Source of the DNA: Vicinamibacterales bacterium
GTDB taxonomy: Bacteria > Acidobacteriota > Vicinamibacteria > Vicinamibacterales > 2-12-FULL-66-21
Reading direction: 5' to 3'
Length of the DNA: 41,564 nt
Assembly: GCA_036258055.1 (NCBI GenBank)
Contig: DATAEK010000013.1
Location: 1 to 41,564 of the forward strand
Shown here: piece after piece, positions 8,754 to 17,246 of the stretch
Numbering within the stretch: the stretch's first letter is position 1
Layout of the letters: the number at the start of each line of letters is the position of its first letter
Translations under genes and position numbers: made by a program
The notes under the pieces: model-generated
What the model saw: only the letters and a program-made list of their open reading frames with translations
Databases searched by the model: none
Told to the model about the DNA's origin: nothing

Positions 8754-9800
8754 TCACTTCGCCAGGTACTCGTCGAGCGAGGCCCGCCTGACGCGGTACG
8801 AGGTTCCGATCTTCTTCGCCGCGAGCTCTCCGGATTCGATGATCGTCATCACGTCGGACTCGGGCACCCCCAGCGCTTTCGCGACATCCGCCGGTGACAG
8901 CAGATCTGGCAGCGTGACCGCCGCCGAGGCCGCCGACGCCGCGGCTGCGCCGGGCATCCCCTGCTGCTGCATGATCTGCTGGGCGATCGACAGGCCGACA
9001 GCCAGCTCGGTCGCGGCGCCGCCCGAGCCTCCGCCCTTCTCCATTCCCTGGGCCATTTGGAACTTCACGTAGTCGTTCAGATTGCCCACGGCCGCCATGC
9101 TCGATCGTTTGTCGATCGCCGTCTCCACTTCGGGTGGCACCGAAACGTTCTCGACGATGAAGCTGGCGACCTCGAGACCGTACTTCGCGAGCACCACCGG
9201 GTTGATGATCGGCAGCAGCGCCTCGCCAAGCTCGGTGTAGCGGCTTGCGACGTCGAACACCGGGATGTGGGCGGACGCGAGCGCGTCGGCGAAGATGCTG
9301 ACGATGCGCGAGCGCATCGTGTCGGCGAACTCGTCGAGGCGGAAGTTCTGATCGGAGCCCGCGACTTCCTTCAGGAACAGCTTCGGTTCCTTGATATGGA
9401 AGTCGTAGGTGCCAAACGCGCGCACGCGCACGATCCCGAGATCGTTGTCCCGCACCATGATCGGGTTGGCGGTCCCCCACTTGTTCCCCGTGAACAGCCG
9501 GGTGTTGAGGTAGTAGACGTCCGCCTTGAAGGGCGAGTTGAAGCCGTACTTCCAGGACTTCAGCTTGGTGAGGACCGGGATGTTGTCGGTCGTCAGCGTG
9601 TGTTTGCCGGGACCGAACGTGTCGCCGAACTCGCCGAGGTAGATGAACTGGACCTGCTGCGATTCGCGCACGATCAGCTGCGCGCCGTTCTTGATCGCCT
9701 TGTCGTCGTCCGGGTAGCGAAAAGAGAGCGTGTCGCGCGAGTCGTCGGTCCACTCGATGACGTCGATCAGCTCGCCCTTGATGAAATCCATCAGACCCAT
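8754..9800 (-). CDS. SPFH-superfamily protein of the COG4260 type (YdjI-like) with a C-terminal excisionase/MerR-type helix-turn-helix
   Basis: The N-terminal ~250 aa match the COG4260/SPFH family as recalled (MGLMDFIKGELIDVIEW..., YYLNTR, FRVRAFGTYDF). The C-terminus (ADVAKALGVPESDVMTIIESGELAAKKIGTSYRVRRASLDEYL) fits the excisionase-family HTH consensus. Confidence 0.7.
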   Translation of the reverse strand: MGLMDFIKGELIDVIEWTDDSRDTLSFRYPDDDKAIKNGAQLIVRESQQVQFIYLGEFGDTFGPGKHTLTTDNIPVLTKLKSWKYGFNSPFKADVYYLNTRLFTGNKWGTANPIMVRDNDLGIVRVRAFGTYDFHIKEPKLFLKEVAGSDQNFRLDEFADTMRSRIVSIFADALASAHIPVFDVASRYTELGEALLPIINPVVLAKYGLEVASFIVENVSVPPEVETAIDKRSSMAAVGNLNDYVKFQMAQGMEKGGGSGGAATELAVGLSIAQQIMQQQGMPGAAAASAASAAVTLPDLLSPADVAKALGVPESDVMTIIESGELAAKKIGTSYRVRRASLDEYLAK

Positions 9801-9878
9801 CGGCGTTCCCTCTCCAGAAATTCTGATACTGTACCGCGCGGGCGTGAAATCAGCTCAGCGTATTGTAGTCTCTCGCCG

Positions 9879-10598
9879 ATGCCTGACGCTTCTTCTTTGC
9901 ACTGCCCGAACTGCGGGGCGGCCGCTGACCCTGAGGCGCCGCGGTGCCCGTACTGCCACGCGAGCCTCGCCACTGTCAGCTGTCCATCGTGCTTTGAGCA
10001 GATATTCGACGGGGCCCTCTACTGTCCGAAGTGCGGGGCCCGGCGCGAGCGGACTGAGAACGAGGAGGCGCCGGTCTTCTGTCCCGGGTGCGCGAGCCCG
10101 ATGCGTCGGGTGGACGTCGGCGCGACGCCCCTGCTCGAATGCGCGACCTGCGACGGCGTCTGGGTCGATGCGGACGTCTTCGAGCGTCTGTGCGCAGATC
10201 AGGAGAGCCGGGCGGCGGTCCTCCATCAGCTCGAGCCACGGAGCCGGACATCGTCACAAGGCAACGTCCGCTACCGGAAATGCGTGCGCTGCGGGAAGAT
10301 GATGAACCGCGTGAACTTCGGCCGGTTGTCAGGCACGGTCGTGGACGTGTGCCGCGGCCACGGGACGTTCCTGGATGGCGGAGAGCTTCACCAGATTGCG
10401 GCGTTCATCCAGGCCGGCGGTCTCGAGCGCGCCCGTCAGCGGTCAATCGACGATCTGCGCGAGGAAGAACACCGGCTTCGAGACCTGGAAGCCCGCCAGG
10501 CACGACACGCGGCGGACTCTCACGGCGAGATCCTGCACCGGAGCACCTGGAACACCTCTGACCTGCTGGATCTACTGCAACGGCTGCGACGGTCGTGA
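9879..10598 (+). CDS. Multi-zinc-ribbon protein (N-terminal double zinc ribbon plus two zf-TFIIB-type domains)
   Basis: ATG at 9879, in frame within the longer ORF beginning at 9057. CPNCG...CPYC, CPSC...CPKCG, then two repeats of C-P/V-x-C-x-x-x-M...C-x-x-C/H-G-x-W/F-L/V-D-x-x-E-L characteristic of zf-TFIIB (PF13453)-like domains. Divergent from the SPFH-HTH gene. Confidence 0.6.
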   Translation: MPDASSLHCPNCGAAADPEAPRCPYCHASLATVSCPSCFEQIFDGALYCPKCGARRERTENEEAPVFCPGCASPMRRVDVGATPLLECATCDGVWVDADVFERLCADQESRAAVLHQLEPRSRTSSQGNVRYRKCVRCGKMMNRVNFGRLSGTVVDVCRGHGTFLDGGELHQIAAFIQAGGLERARQRSIDDLREEEHRLRDLEARQARHAADSHGEILHRSTWNTSDLLDLLQRLRRS

Positions 10599-10658
10599 TT
10601 GAATCTGTCCGGCTGACGCCGTACGACACATCCGACCGAACGTGTTGTGCGGATCCCG

Positions 10659-10901
10659 CTACTGGCCGGGCGGCGTGTACTGCAGCGCCTTCTTGACTGC
10701 GGCATCCACCTCCTGCGGAGTCACGAGCACCGTCGTGGAAACGCGGACGGCTCCGGACGCGTTGGCCGCTAGCGCCAGAGCGCTCACGCTTGCGAGGTCG
10801 GGAGAATCGATGATCGTATACACGTCGTGCTCCCCGAGCGCGAAGTAGAAGGCGTCGAGCTTCGCCCCGACACTCTTCAATACTGTCTCGAGCGCCGCCA
10901 C
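10659..10901 (-). CDS. GYD domain protein
   Basis: 80-aa ORF whose size and composition (AFYFALGEHDVYTIIDSPD...) resemble GYD-family proteins as recalled. Confidence 0.4.
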   Translation of the reverse strand: MAALETVLKSVGAKLDAFYFALGEHDVYTIIDSPDLASVSALALAANASGAVRVSTTVLVTPQEVDAAVKKALQYTPPGQ

Positions 10902-10973
10902 TCGCTTGCTCCCGCCGCCAGGATCGAAGGGTAAGACCAGAGTGGGGGCTCGAACATCTAACCCTTAAGCGCC

Positions 10974-12371
10974 ATGAAGCCGGCGATGCCCGTTCTGTGC
11001 GTGCTCCTCACCGTCACGACCACCGCAGCCTGGCCGGCTGCCGGTGAGGACCCGGGGACGACGACGCGCCCGCGCGCCGCTTCTGCGCCGCGAGTTCGCG
11101 AAGTCCGGTTCGAGGGGGATCCTGCGCTCGAACCCGACACGCTGAAGAAGGTGCTGAAGGAGCTCGAGATCCGGCGCGTGATTCCCGGCATCTGGACGCG
11201 ACGGCCGCGGTACGAGGCTCGCGCCGTCGAAGCGGATCTCGTGCGGCTCCGCTCGTTCTATGTCTCGCATGGCTACTTCGACGCGCGGGTCGGCCTCGGC
11301 GGCGTAACAGTCGATCGAGGCGAGGCGATCCTGACACTCGAGGTGCAGTCGGGCCTCAAGTACTCGGTGCGCCGCGTCGAGATCGATGGGATCGACGGTG
11401 AGCACGTGAAAACAGCGAGTGACTCGAGCGGTGAATTCCCCGCTGACGCGCTCTGCGCGTGCCTTCTCGATGCCAGACGAATCGCTGAATCACGCGGCCG
11501 GCTTGATTTCGCGGCGGAACTGGAGGTCTCGCACACCGATGCCTCGGCGCCGTCCGATACCAGCAGGACGTGGGTGGACGTCACCGCCCGCGTGCCGACG
11601 GGATCCGCGTATATGGTCGGCCGTATCAACTTCACGGGCCACCACCGGGTCAGCGAATCCACACTGCGCCGGGCGATGGTTCTGCAGGAGCGCTCGCTGT
11701 TCGATGTCGGAAAGCTCCGGCGCAGCCTCGCAAGACTGAATCGGTCCGGCTTGTTCGAGCCGCTCACGCTGCATGACGTCGAGGTCCGGAGGAATCCCGA
11801 CACGCTCACCGCCGATCTGACGATCGCCGTCCGCGAGCAGCTTGGCAGGAGGTGGTTGGTGTCCGGCCCGCTTGGACCTGCGGCCTTCGGCGGATCGCTG
11901 CAGGCCGCCATCTCGTCACGCCTGCCCCCGTGGGGCCGCGGTCTCTTCGAAGCCTCGACGTATTACCTGACGTTCAGTCTGATAGGGTTTTCGGCTCCGC
12001 TGGTCCGTCTGCTGCCGATTGGTGTACGACCCACTCCGCCAGCGTTGCTCGTCCTGGAGCGCCCCTACCTTCCGGGTCAGGCGCTGTTCTCAGGCTTCGC
12101 GCTCTCGCCGCAGCTTTCCGCGCGCACACTGCTGGCGGACTACGGGCTGACACATCTCGATTCCGCAATGCGGGCGGCGCTGTTCGGAGAACCGCCTGAC
12201 TCCTCGAGCCTGCTGATTCCGATATTGGGGCCTCACTCGAGCGGGGTCGCCGGCGGATCAGAAGAGGCCCGGCTCCTCATGTGCAATCCGCCGCCGCCGC
12301 GCCACCCGCGGCTGCGACGTGGAGCCGCGATCGCGGTCGATCAGGCGCTCCGCGCGTTTCGCCCTTTTTGA
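10974..12371 (+). CDS. POTRA-domain protein (BamA/FtsQ-like POTRA repeats, no full beta-barrel)
   Basis: Signal peptide, then POTRA-like repeats (VREVRFEGDPALEPDTLKKVLKEL; YSVRRVEIDGIDG; YMVGRINFTGHHRVSESTLRRAMVLQERSLFD). Only ~160 aa follow the last repeat, too short for a 16-strand barrel. Confidence 0.5.
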   Translation: MKPAMPVLCVLLTVTTTAAWPAAGEDPGTTTRPRAASAPRVREVRFEGDPALEPDTLKKVLKELEIRRVIPGIWTRRPRYEARAVEADLVRLRSFYVSHGYFDARVGLGGVTVDRGEAILTLEVQSGLKYSVRRVEIDGIDGEHVKTASDSSGEFPADALCACLLDARRIAESRGRLDFAAELEVSHTDASAPSDTSRTWVDVTARVPTGSAYMVGRINFTGHHRVSESTLRRAMVLQERSLFDVGKLRRSLARLNRSGLFEPLTLHDVEVRRNPDTLTADLTIAVREQLGRRWLVSGPLGPAAFGGSLQAAISSRLPPWGRGLFEASTYYLTFSLIGFSAPLVRLLPIGVRPTPPALLVLERPYLPGQALFSGFALSPQLSARTLLADYGLTHLDSAMRAALFGEPPDSSSLLIPILGPHSSGVAGGSEEARLLMCNPPPPRHPRLRRGAAIAVDQALRAFRPF

Positions 12372-12378
12372 GGTCAAC

Positions 12379-12798
12379 CTACGCGGAAGGCTCGAACTTC
12401 AGCGCAACGCCATTGATGCAGTAGCGCAGGCCGGTGGGCGGCGGACCGTCCGGGAACACGTGCCCGAGATGTCCTCCGCACCGGCTGCAGTGAACCTCGG
12501 TGCGCGTCATGAAGAAGCTCCGATCGGTCGTCGTCCCGAGCGCACCGTCAAGCGGCGAGAAAAAGCTCGGCCATCCTGTGCCGCTCTCGAACTTCTTATC
12601 CGCGATGAAAAGCGGCTGCCCGCACGCAACGCACGCAAACGTGCCGGGACGATGTTCGTTCAGCAGCGCGCATGACCCCGGACGTTCCGTGCCGTGGCCG
12701 CGCATCACGTCGTACTGCTCGGGTGTCAGGATTTTCCGCCACTCTTCTTCCGATTTCACGACCTCGAACTGGGTTGCCTTGTCCGTCATGCCAGTCAA
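12379..12798 (-). CDS. msrB: Peptide-methionine (R)-S-oxide reductase MsrB
   Basis: Two CxxC zinc motifs (CVACG / CSRCGGHLGHVF) and the catalytic RYCINGVAL motif, in 139 aa. Confidence 0.9.
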   Translation of the reverse strand: MTGMTDKATQFEVVKSEEEWRKILTPEQYDVMRGHGTERPGSCALLNEHRPGTFACVACGQPLFIADKKFESGTGWPSFFSPLDGALGTTTDRSFFMTRTEVHCSRCGGHLGHVFPDGPPPTGLRYCINGVALKFEPSA

Positions 12799-12826
12799 AA
12801 CCCCTCGTGTCTAACCGTTGTTCCCG

Positions 12827-13633
12827 CTATTTCTCGGTCGTCTGCTTGGCGATTTCGAGCACGTCGGCGGCCGGCAGGATCACTGGCAGCAGGCCGAGCG
12901 CTTCGGTGCCGCCCATGAGGGCCATCATGCTGGACCGGCCGGCATCGATCTGCCGGAGCGTCAGGAGGCCAATGACCTTGCCGCTGAGCGTGAACGCGGG
13001 CGTCCCCATGCTGGCGCTGGTGCTCCCCAGGACGAAGAACGTCCGTGGCTTCTCGATGATCGCGCCGATCTCCTGAATCGATGCGCCGGCGGCCCACCCG
13101 CCGACGCGCCCGAGCCGCGAGAGCACGAGCACTTCATCGAGCAGTGCTGGTTTCGCGGCGTCGGCGAGATTGATCGCGACGAGCGGCGTCGACGGCGTCG
13201 TCGTCGGACTGATGAAGGCCAGGTCGAGATCTTCGTCGCGCAGCGTGATCTTCGCGGGCAGCTCCCGGCCGTCGGACAGGCGGATTTTCAGGTCCGTCGG
13301 CTCGCTCGTCACTTCCATCTTGTTCTCGCCGGTGCCGCCGGCGCCCATCATCCGGTTGATCATCGCGCCCGGGTTCAGCGCACCCAGCGACAACACGGTC
13401 AGACCGGACGGATCGATCACCGTGCCGACGGTGTCGACCGAGTCGTCGGAGGACTGCATCTCGCGGCCGCCAACAGCCATGCGCGTCTTCAACACCACCC
13501 GGACGTTGACGACCGCAGCCTGCCATTTCTTGACGATGTCGCGTGCAGCCGTGCGCGAGGCATCCTGATCCGCGGACGGACGAACCACCATGACGAGCGC
13601 GAGCGCGACGACTGCGAGCGAGCGAAAAGCCAT
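12827..13633 (-). CDS. Secreted trypsin-fold (S1C/HtrA-like) protein, apparently lacking the catalytic His (possible pseudo-protease)
   Basis: Start at the ATG at 13633, preceded by SD GAGGA with an 8-nt spacer. Signal peptide, then the HtrA-like beta-barrel pattern (VVNVRV..., DLDLAFI) but with no His in the expected TNxHV position. Sits immediately downstream of htrA. Confidence 0.4.
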   Translation of the reverse strand: MAFRSLAVVALALVMVVRPSADQDASRTAARDIVKKWQAAVVNVRVVLKTRMAVGGREMQSSDDSVDTVGTVIDPSGLTVLSLGALNPGAMINRMMGAGGTGENKMEVTSEPTDLKIRLSDGRELPAKITLRDEDLDLAFISPTTTPSTPLVAINLADAAKPALLDEVLVLSRLGRVGGWAAGASIQEIGAIIEKPRTFFVLGSTSASMGTPAFTLSGKVIGLLTLRQIDAGRSSMMALMGGTEALGLLPVILPAADVLEIAKQTTEK

Positions 13634-13644
13634 ACTGCGGTTCC

Positions 13645-15672
13645 TCATTCCTGTTGTTTCCAACCAGCCTGCATCTCGACGAAGAAGGTGCGAATGCCCC
13701 GCTTCACTCTGAACACGACGGTCGGCGGGTGTGCGGCGGCGATCTTCGTCATCTTCGCCTGAACGGCCGCAACATCCTGCACCGCCTCACCGTCTACCGC
13801 CAGCAGCAAATCGCCGACGGCCAGATGCGCCAGAGCGGCCCATCCGCCTTCGCGTACCGCGTCGACGAGCACCCCCGACTGATCGGGGTCGATCCCTTCT
13901 TCGAGGCGATCCGCGGCGGCGATGTCGCGGACCCGGAACTCGAAGTTGGGATCTTCGTACTTCTTCATCTCGCGCGGCAGCCGCGGAGAGGTTTCGAGCG
14001 CAACCTTGATCTTCTGCGGCGTCTTGCCGCGGATAATCGACAGCTCGACGTTCGTCCCGGTTTTGTATTGGCGGATCATGGTCGCGAACAGGTCCGCGTC
14101 GGACGGCTGCGACGCCTGCACGGGATCGCCATCCACGGCCGTGATGATGTCGCCGACTTGCAGGCCTGCCTTCGCTGCCGAGCCAGGCAGCACGCGCGTG
14201 ACCCTGACCCCGGAAGTGTCGGACAGCCCGAGCTTGTCGGCAAGTTCACGCGTCAGCACCTGCACGGAAATCGGGATCCACGCCTTCCGCGCCTCGAGAC
14301 CCGGATCTTCCAACCCCGGCCGTCCGATCTCGACGACGGTCAGCAGACGCTCGCCGGAGCGTTCGAACGAGACGAGCGCGTCAGCGTGACTGTTTCCGTT
14401 CTGGACGAGGTGGTCGAGCGCTGAGGTCAACCCTTCGAGCGTCTTCACCGGCGTGTCATCGACGCCGACGATGATGTCGTCTTCGCGCAGCGCGGGCTTG
14501 GCATCGTCCGCCGGGCCGCCGGACCGGACGCCGCGGACGCGCACGCCGTCGCGGGTCTTCCGATTGAGCTCCTTCGACGACCAGGCCGTCAGGTTCGATC
14601 CCGTGATGCCGAGCGTCGCAAGCTCGTGGATGGGCGCTTCGACGCTCTCGCGTTCAACCGGCGTGACCGTCAGCGTTTGCTCGACGCCGTTGCGGACCAC
14701 GGTTGCCGTCACGGGCTGTCGGAGCGGGAGCCGCATCACCATCTGGTTGAAGAGCGGGACCTCCTCGGCGAACCGGACGGTCACGTCGTGCGAACCGATC
14801 GACAGGAGGACGTCTCCGGACGCGAAGCCGGCTTTCTCGGCCGGCGACCCTTCGATCGTGCCGCCGACGAGACCGCCCTTCTCTCCTTTGTACGATTTCA
14901 GGAGTGGCTGCACCTCGAGTCCGATCCAACTGCGCTTGACGCGACCGTCCTTGATGATCGCCTCGGCTACCTCCCGAGCGAGGTCGGCAGGAATCGCACC
15001 CGCAAGGCCCAGGCTGATCTCGTTGACGCCCACGATCTCGCCTTGCATGTTCACGAGCGGACCGCCGGAGTTCCCTCCGAAGATCGGTGCGTCGTGGCCA
15101 ATCCAGCGGACGATCGAGCCGACGTCTTCTCCGTCGAGCGTCATGCGGTTGAAGGGCCAGAACATGCCGGGCATGATCATCTCGGTGTTGCTGACGATCC
15201 CCATCGTGACCGACTGCGAAAGGGCAAGCGGACTGCCGAGCGCGAGGACACGCTCACCCACTTTGAGCTTGCTCACGTCACCAAAGTGTGCCGCAGGGAA
15301 CGTCCGCGGGCTCGATGGCCGCAGCTTGAGGATCGCGATGTCCGACAGCGGATCGGTTCCGACGAGATCGGCGGGGACTTCCTCACGGCTCGCGAGGGTG
15401 CAGAAGATCGCCCGCGTCCGCCCGGCCACGTGATGATTCGTGAGGACGTGTCCCTCCGGCGTGATGATGGTGCCGCTGCCCGCTGCCTCGCGTTTGAGCT
15501 CGCGCCCTTCCTGCTGGTCCACCATCACCACGTGAATCCGGACGAGGGAGGGAGCAACCTTGGAGAGCGCGGCATCGACCGCGGCGGTCTGGCCGGGCGC
15601 CGTTCCCGGCTGCCCCGCCGCCACCACACCCACCGACAAGAGAATGAAAAGGACGGACGCTCTGACGTGCAT
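13645..15672 (-). CDS. HtrA/DegP-family periplasmic serine endoprotease with multiple PDZ domains
   Basis: Signal peptide and catalytic triad motifs (TNHHVAG, DIAILKL, GGNSGGPLVN), followed by about three PDZ-like domains (GLEVQPL..., GVRVRGV..., GVRVTRVLPGSAAKAGLQVGDII). Confidence 0.85.
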   Translation of the reverse strand: MHVRASVLFILLSVGVVAAGQPGTAPGQTAAVDAALSKVAPSLVRIHVVMVDQQEGRELKREAAGSGTIITPEGHVLTNHHVAGRTRAIFCTLASREEVPADLVGTDPLSDIAILKLRPSSPRTFPAAHFGDVSKLKVGERVLALGSPLALSQSVTMGIVSNTEMIMPGMFWPFNRMTLDGEDVGSIVRWIGHDAPIFGGNSGGPLVNMQGEIVGVNEISLGLAGAIPADLAREVAEAIIKDGRVKRSWIGLEVQPLLKSYKGEKGGLVGGTIEGSPAEKAGFASGDVLLSIGSHDVTVRFAEEVPLFNQMVMRLPLRQPVTATVVRNGVEQTLTVTPVERESVEAPIHELATLGITGSNLTAWSSKELNRKTRDGVRVRGVRSGGPADDAKPALREDDIIVGVDDTPVKTLEGLTSALDHLVQNGNSHADALVSFERSGERLLTVVEIGRPGLEDPGLEARKAWIPISVQVLTRELADKLGLSDTSGVRVTRVLPGSAAKAGLQVGDIITAVDGDPVQASQPSDADLFATMIRQYKTGTNVELSIIRGKTPQKIKVALETSPRLPREMKKYEDPNFEFRVRDIAAADRLEEGIDPDQSGVLVDAVREGGWAALAHLAVGDLLLAVDGEAVQDVAAVQAKMTKIAAAHPPTVVFRVKRGIRTFFVEMQAGWKQQE

Positions 15673-15681
15673 CCAACGATC

Positions 15682-16545
15682 TTACTGCAAGGTCTCGGAG
15701 AGGAACTCGTCGAGGAGGCGTCCGGCGACCTCACCTCGGTAGTGTGCGGTCGATCGCATGTCGTCGATCGGCGCGATATCGGAGGCGAGCGCCGCTCGGA
15801 CCGCCGGGACCGAGACGTCGCCAAGTGCGCGGCCTTCGAGTGCGCGCTCGGCATTCCGGGCGCGAATGACGGCGGGCGCGACGCTTCCAAAAGCGAGGCG
15901 GATCTGATGGATCGTGCCGTCGGTGACGTCGGCTGCGGCAGCGAAACAGACCTTCGAAATCGCCTGTGCGCGCCTGGTGCCCACTTTGCGGTAGGACTCG
16001 ATCCAGTTGCTCCGGCCACGCGGCAGCCGCACGGCGCGAATCAGCTCAGTCGGACCGAGATCCATCTTCTTGTATCCGGTGTGGAACCGATCGTAGGGAA
16101 CAGCCCGGGAGCCCGATGACGAAATCAGCTCGATCTCGGCGTCGTAGGCGAGGAGTGCGGGCGGCGTGTCGGCAGCGGGTGACGCATTCGCGATGTTGCC
16201 GCCGATCGTGCCCCGATTCTGGGTCGCGATCCCGCCTGTTTCGCGCGCGGCTTCGCAAAGGAGCGGAAACTCCGTCTGCAAGAGCGGATGCCGGAGCACC
16301 TCGGAGTAAGTGGTCAGCGCACCGACGGTGACGGTGTTGGCGTCAACGGTGATGCCGCGAAGATCGTCGAGATGCCACAGGCTGATGAACCGCTTGTCGG
16401 TCAGCTTCCCCGCTTCCAGGAGCACCATCAGATCGGTGCCGCCGGCGAACGGATGCCACACGCCGGGCTCGCGTGCGAGCAGCTCGAGTACCCCGGCGAG
16501 CGTCGCCGGGGCACGTAGGTCGAACGCGGGGAGGTACGCTCTCAT
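15682..16545 (-). CDS. Xanthine dehydrogenase-family FAD-binding subunit (CoxM/XdhB-like)
   Basis: FAD-binding PCMH motifs (PFAGGTDLMV, GTIGGNIANASPAAD) and the CO dehydrogenase flavoprotein C-terminal pattern. Confidence 0.8.
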   Translation of the reverse strand: MRAYLPAFDLRAPATLAGVLELLAREPGVWHPFAGGTDLMVLLEAGKLTDKRFISLWHLDDLRGITVDANTVTVGALTTYSEVLRHPLLQTEFPLLCEAARETGGIATQNRGTIGGNIANASPAADTPPALLAYDAEIELISSSGSRAVPYDRFHTGYKKMDLGPTELIRAVRLPRGRSNWIESYRKVGTRRAQAISKVCFAAAADVTDGTIHQIRLAFGSVAPAVIRARNAERALEGRALGDVSVPAVRAALASDIAPIDDMRSTAHYRGEVAGRLLDEFLSETLQ

Positions 16546-16547
16546 TT

Positions 16548-16748
16548 TTCAGTTTGCCGCGGGGCCCCACCCCCGCATCCTCAGTGCGCGTGTGGCCCCA
16601 CCCCCACGCGCGGCGCTCGGCGACTGCGCGCCTCGCGCCGGCCGCAGGCGCTCTGCCAGCGCTCGTCCTTCAGCGCGTCTGGGGTCCCACCCCCAGCTCG
16701 CGCGTTCGCGCTCACTGCGGCTCAAAGCTGTTTGCTCGCGCCGCGGGG
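16548..16748. repeat. ~200-bp non-coding repeat element, copy A, containing three GGGGYCCCACCCCC boxes
   Basis: About 90% identical to the reverse complement of 35972-36182 when aligned by eye (for example tcagtttgccgcggggccccacccccgcatcctcagtgcgcgt and ggctcaaagctgtttgctcgcgccgc). Lies between the S and M subunit genes of the molybdo-enzyme operon. Confidence 0.8.
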
Positions 16749-16763
16749 TTGGGGCGACGGCGT

Positions 16764-17246
16764 TCATTTGACAGGCAATTCGACCGCCGCCTGCAGGACG
16801 GCGTCGAAGATCCGCATGTAGCCCGTGCATCGGCACAGGTTGCCCGCGAGCGCGACCCTGACATCCGCCTCGGTTGGTTCGGGGTTGTTCGCGAGCAGGT
16901 TCACCGCGGCGAGCACCATGCCGGGGGTGCAGATGCCGCACTGAGCGCCGCCGTGCGCGATGAACGACTGCTGGACCGCGTGCAGCACGTCGCCGCCGGC
17001 CACACCTTCGATCGTCGTGATCGCGACGCCCTGCGCGTGCAGGAGCGGCACGAGACAACTGTTGACGAGCTGTCCGTCGATCAGCACCGAACAGGCGCCG
17101 CATTCACCTTCGCCGCAGCCTTCTTTTGTGCCGGTGAGGCGGAGGTCGTGACGAAGCACGTCGAGAAGGCGGGCCATCGGGTGCCCTTCGATCGTCGTGT
17201 CCGTGCCGTTGACGCGGCAGCGGATGGTGATCGTCGGGTCAGCCAT
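16764..17246 (-). CDS. (2Fe-2S)-binding small subunit of xanthine dehydrogenase-family enzyme (CoxS-like)
   Basis: Both [2Fe-2S] cysteine clusters are present (CGEGECGAC and CGICTPG...CRCTGY). The 8-nt start overlaps the end of the large subunit gene. Confidence 0.85.
   Translation of the reverse strand: MADPTITIRCRVNGTDTTIEGHPMARLLDVLRHDLRLTGTKEGCGEGECGACSVLIDGQLVNSCLVPLLHAQGVAITTIEGVAGGDVLHAVQQSFIAHGGAQCGICTPGMVLAAVNLLANNPEPTEADVRVALAGNLCRCTGYMRIFDAVLQAAVELPVK

Noticed and set aside
14626-16119. 497-aa + strand ORF antisense to htrA and the FAD-subunit gene, and similar long antisense ORFs (22024-23319, 30675-32465, 36242-37555)
   Set aside because: High-GC antisense artefacts with no motifs, each overlapping a better-supported gene.
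16548-16748. IS element or transposon carrying the 200-bp repeats
   Set aside because: No transposase or integrase ORF lies in or next to either copy. The element is too small and non-coding, and is better described as a MITE/REP-like repeat.
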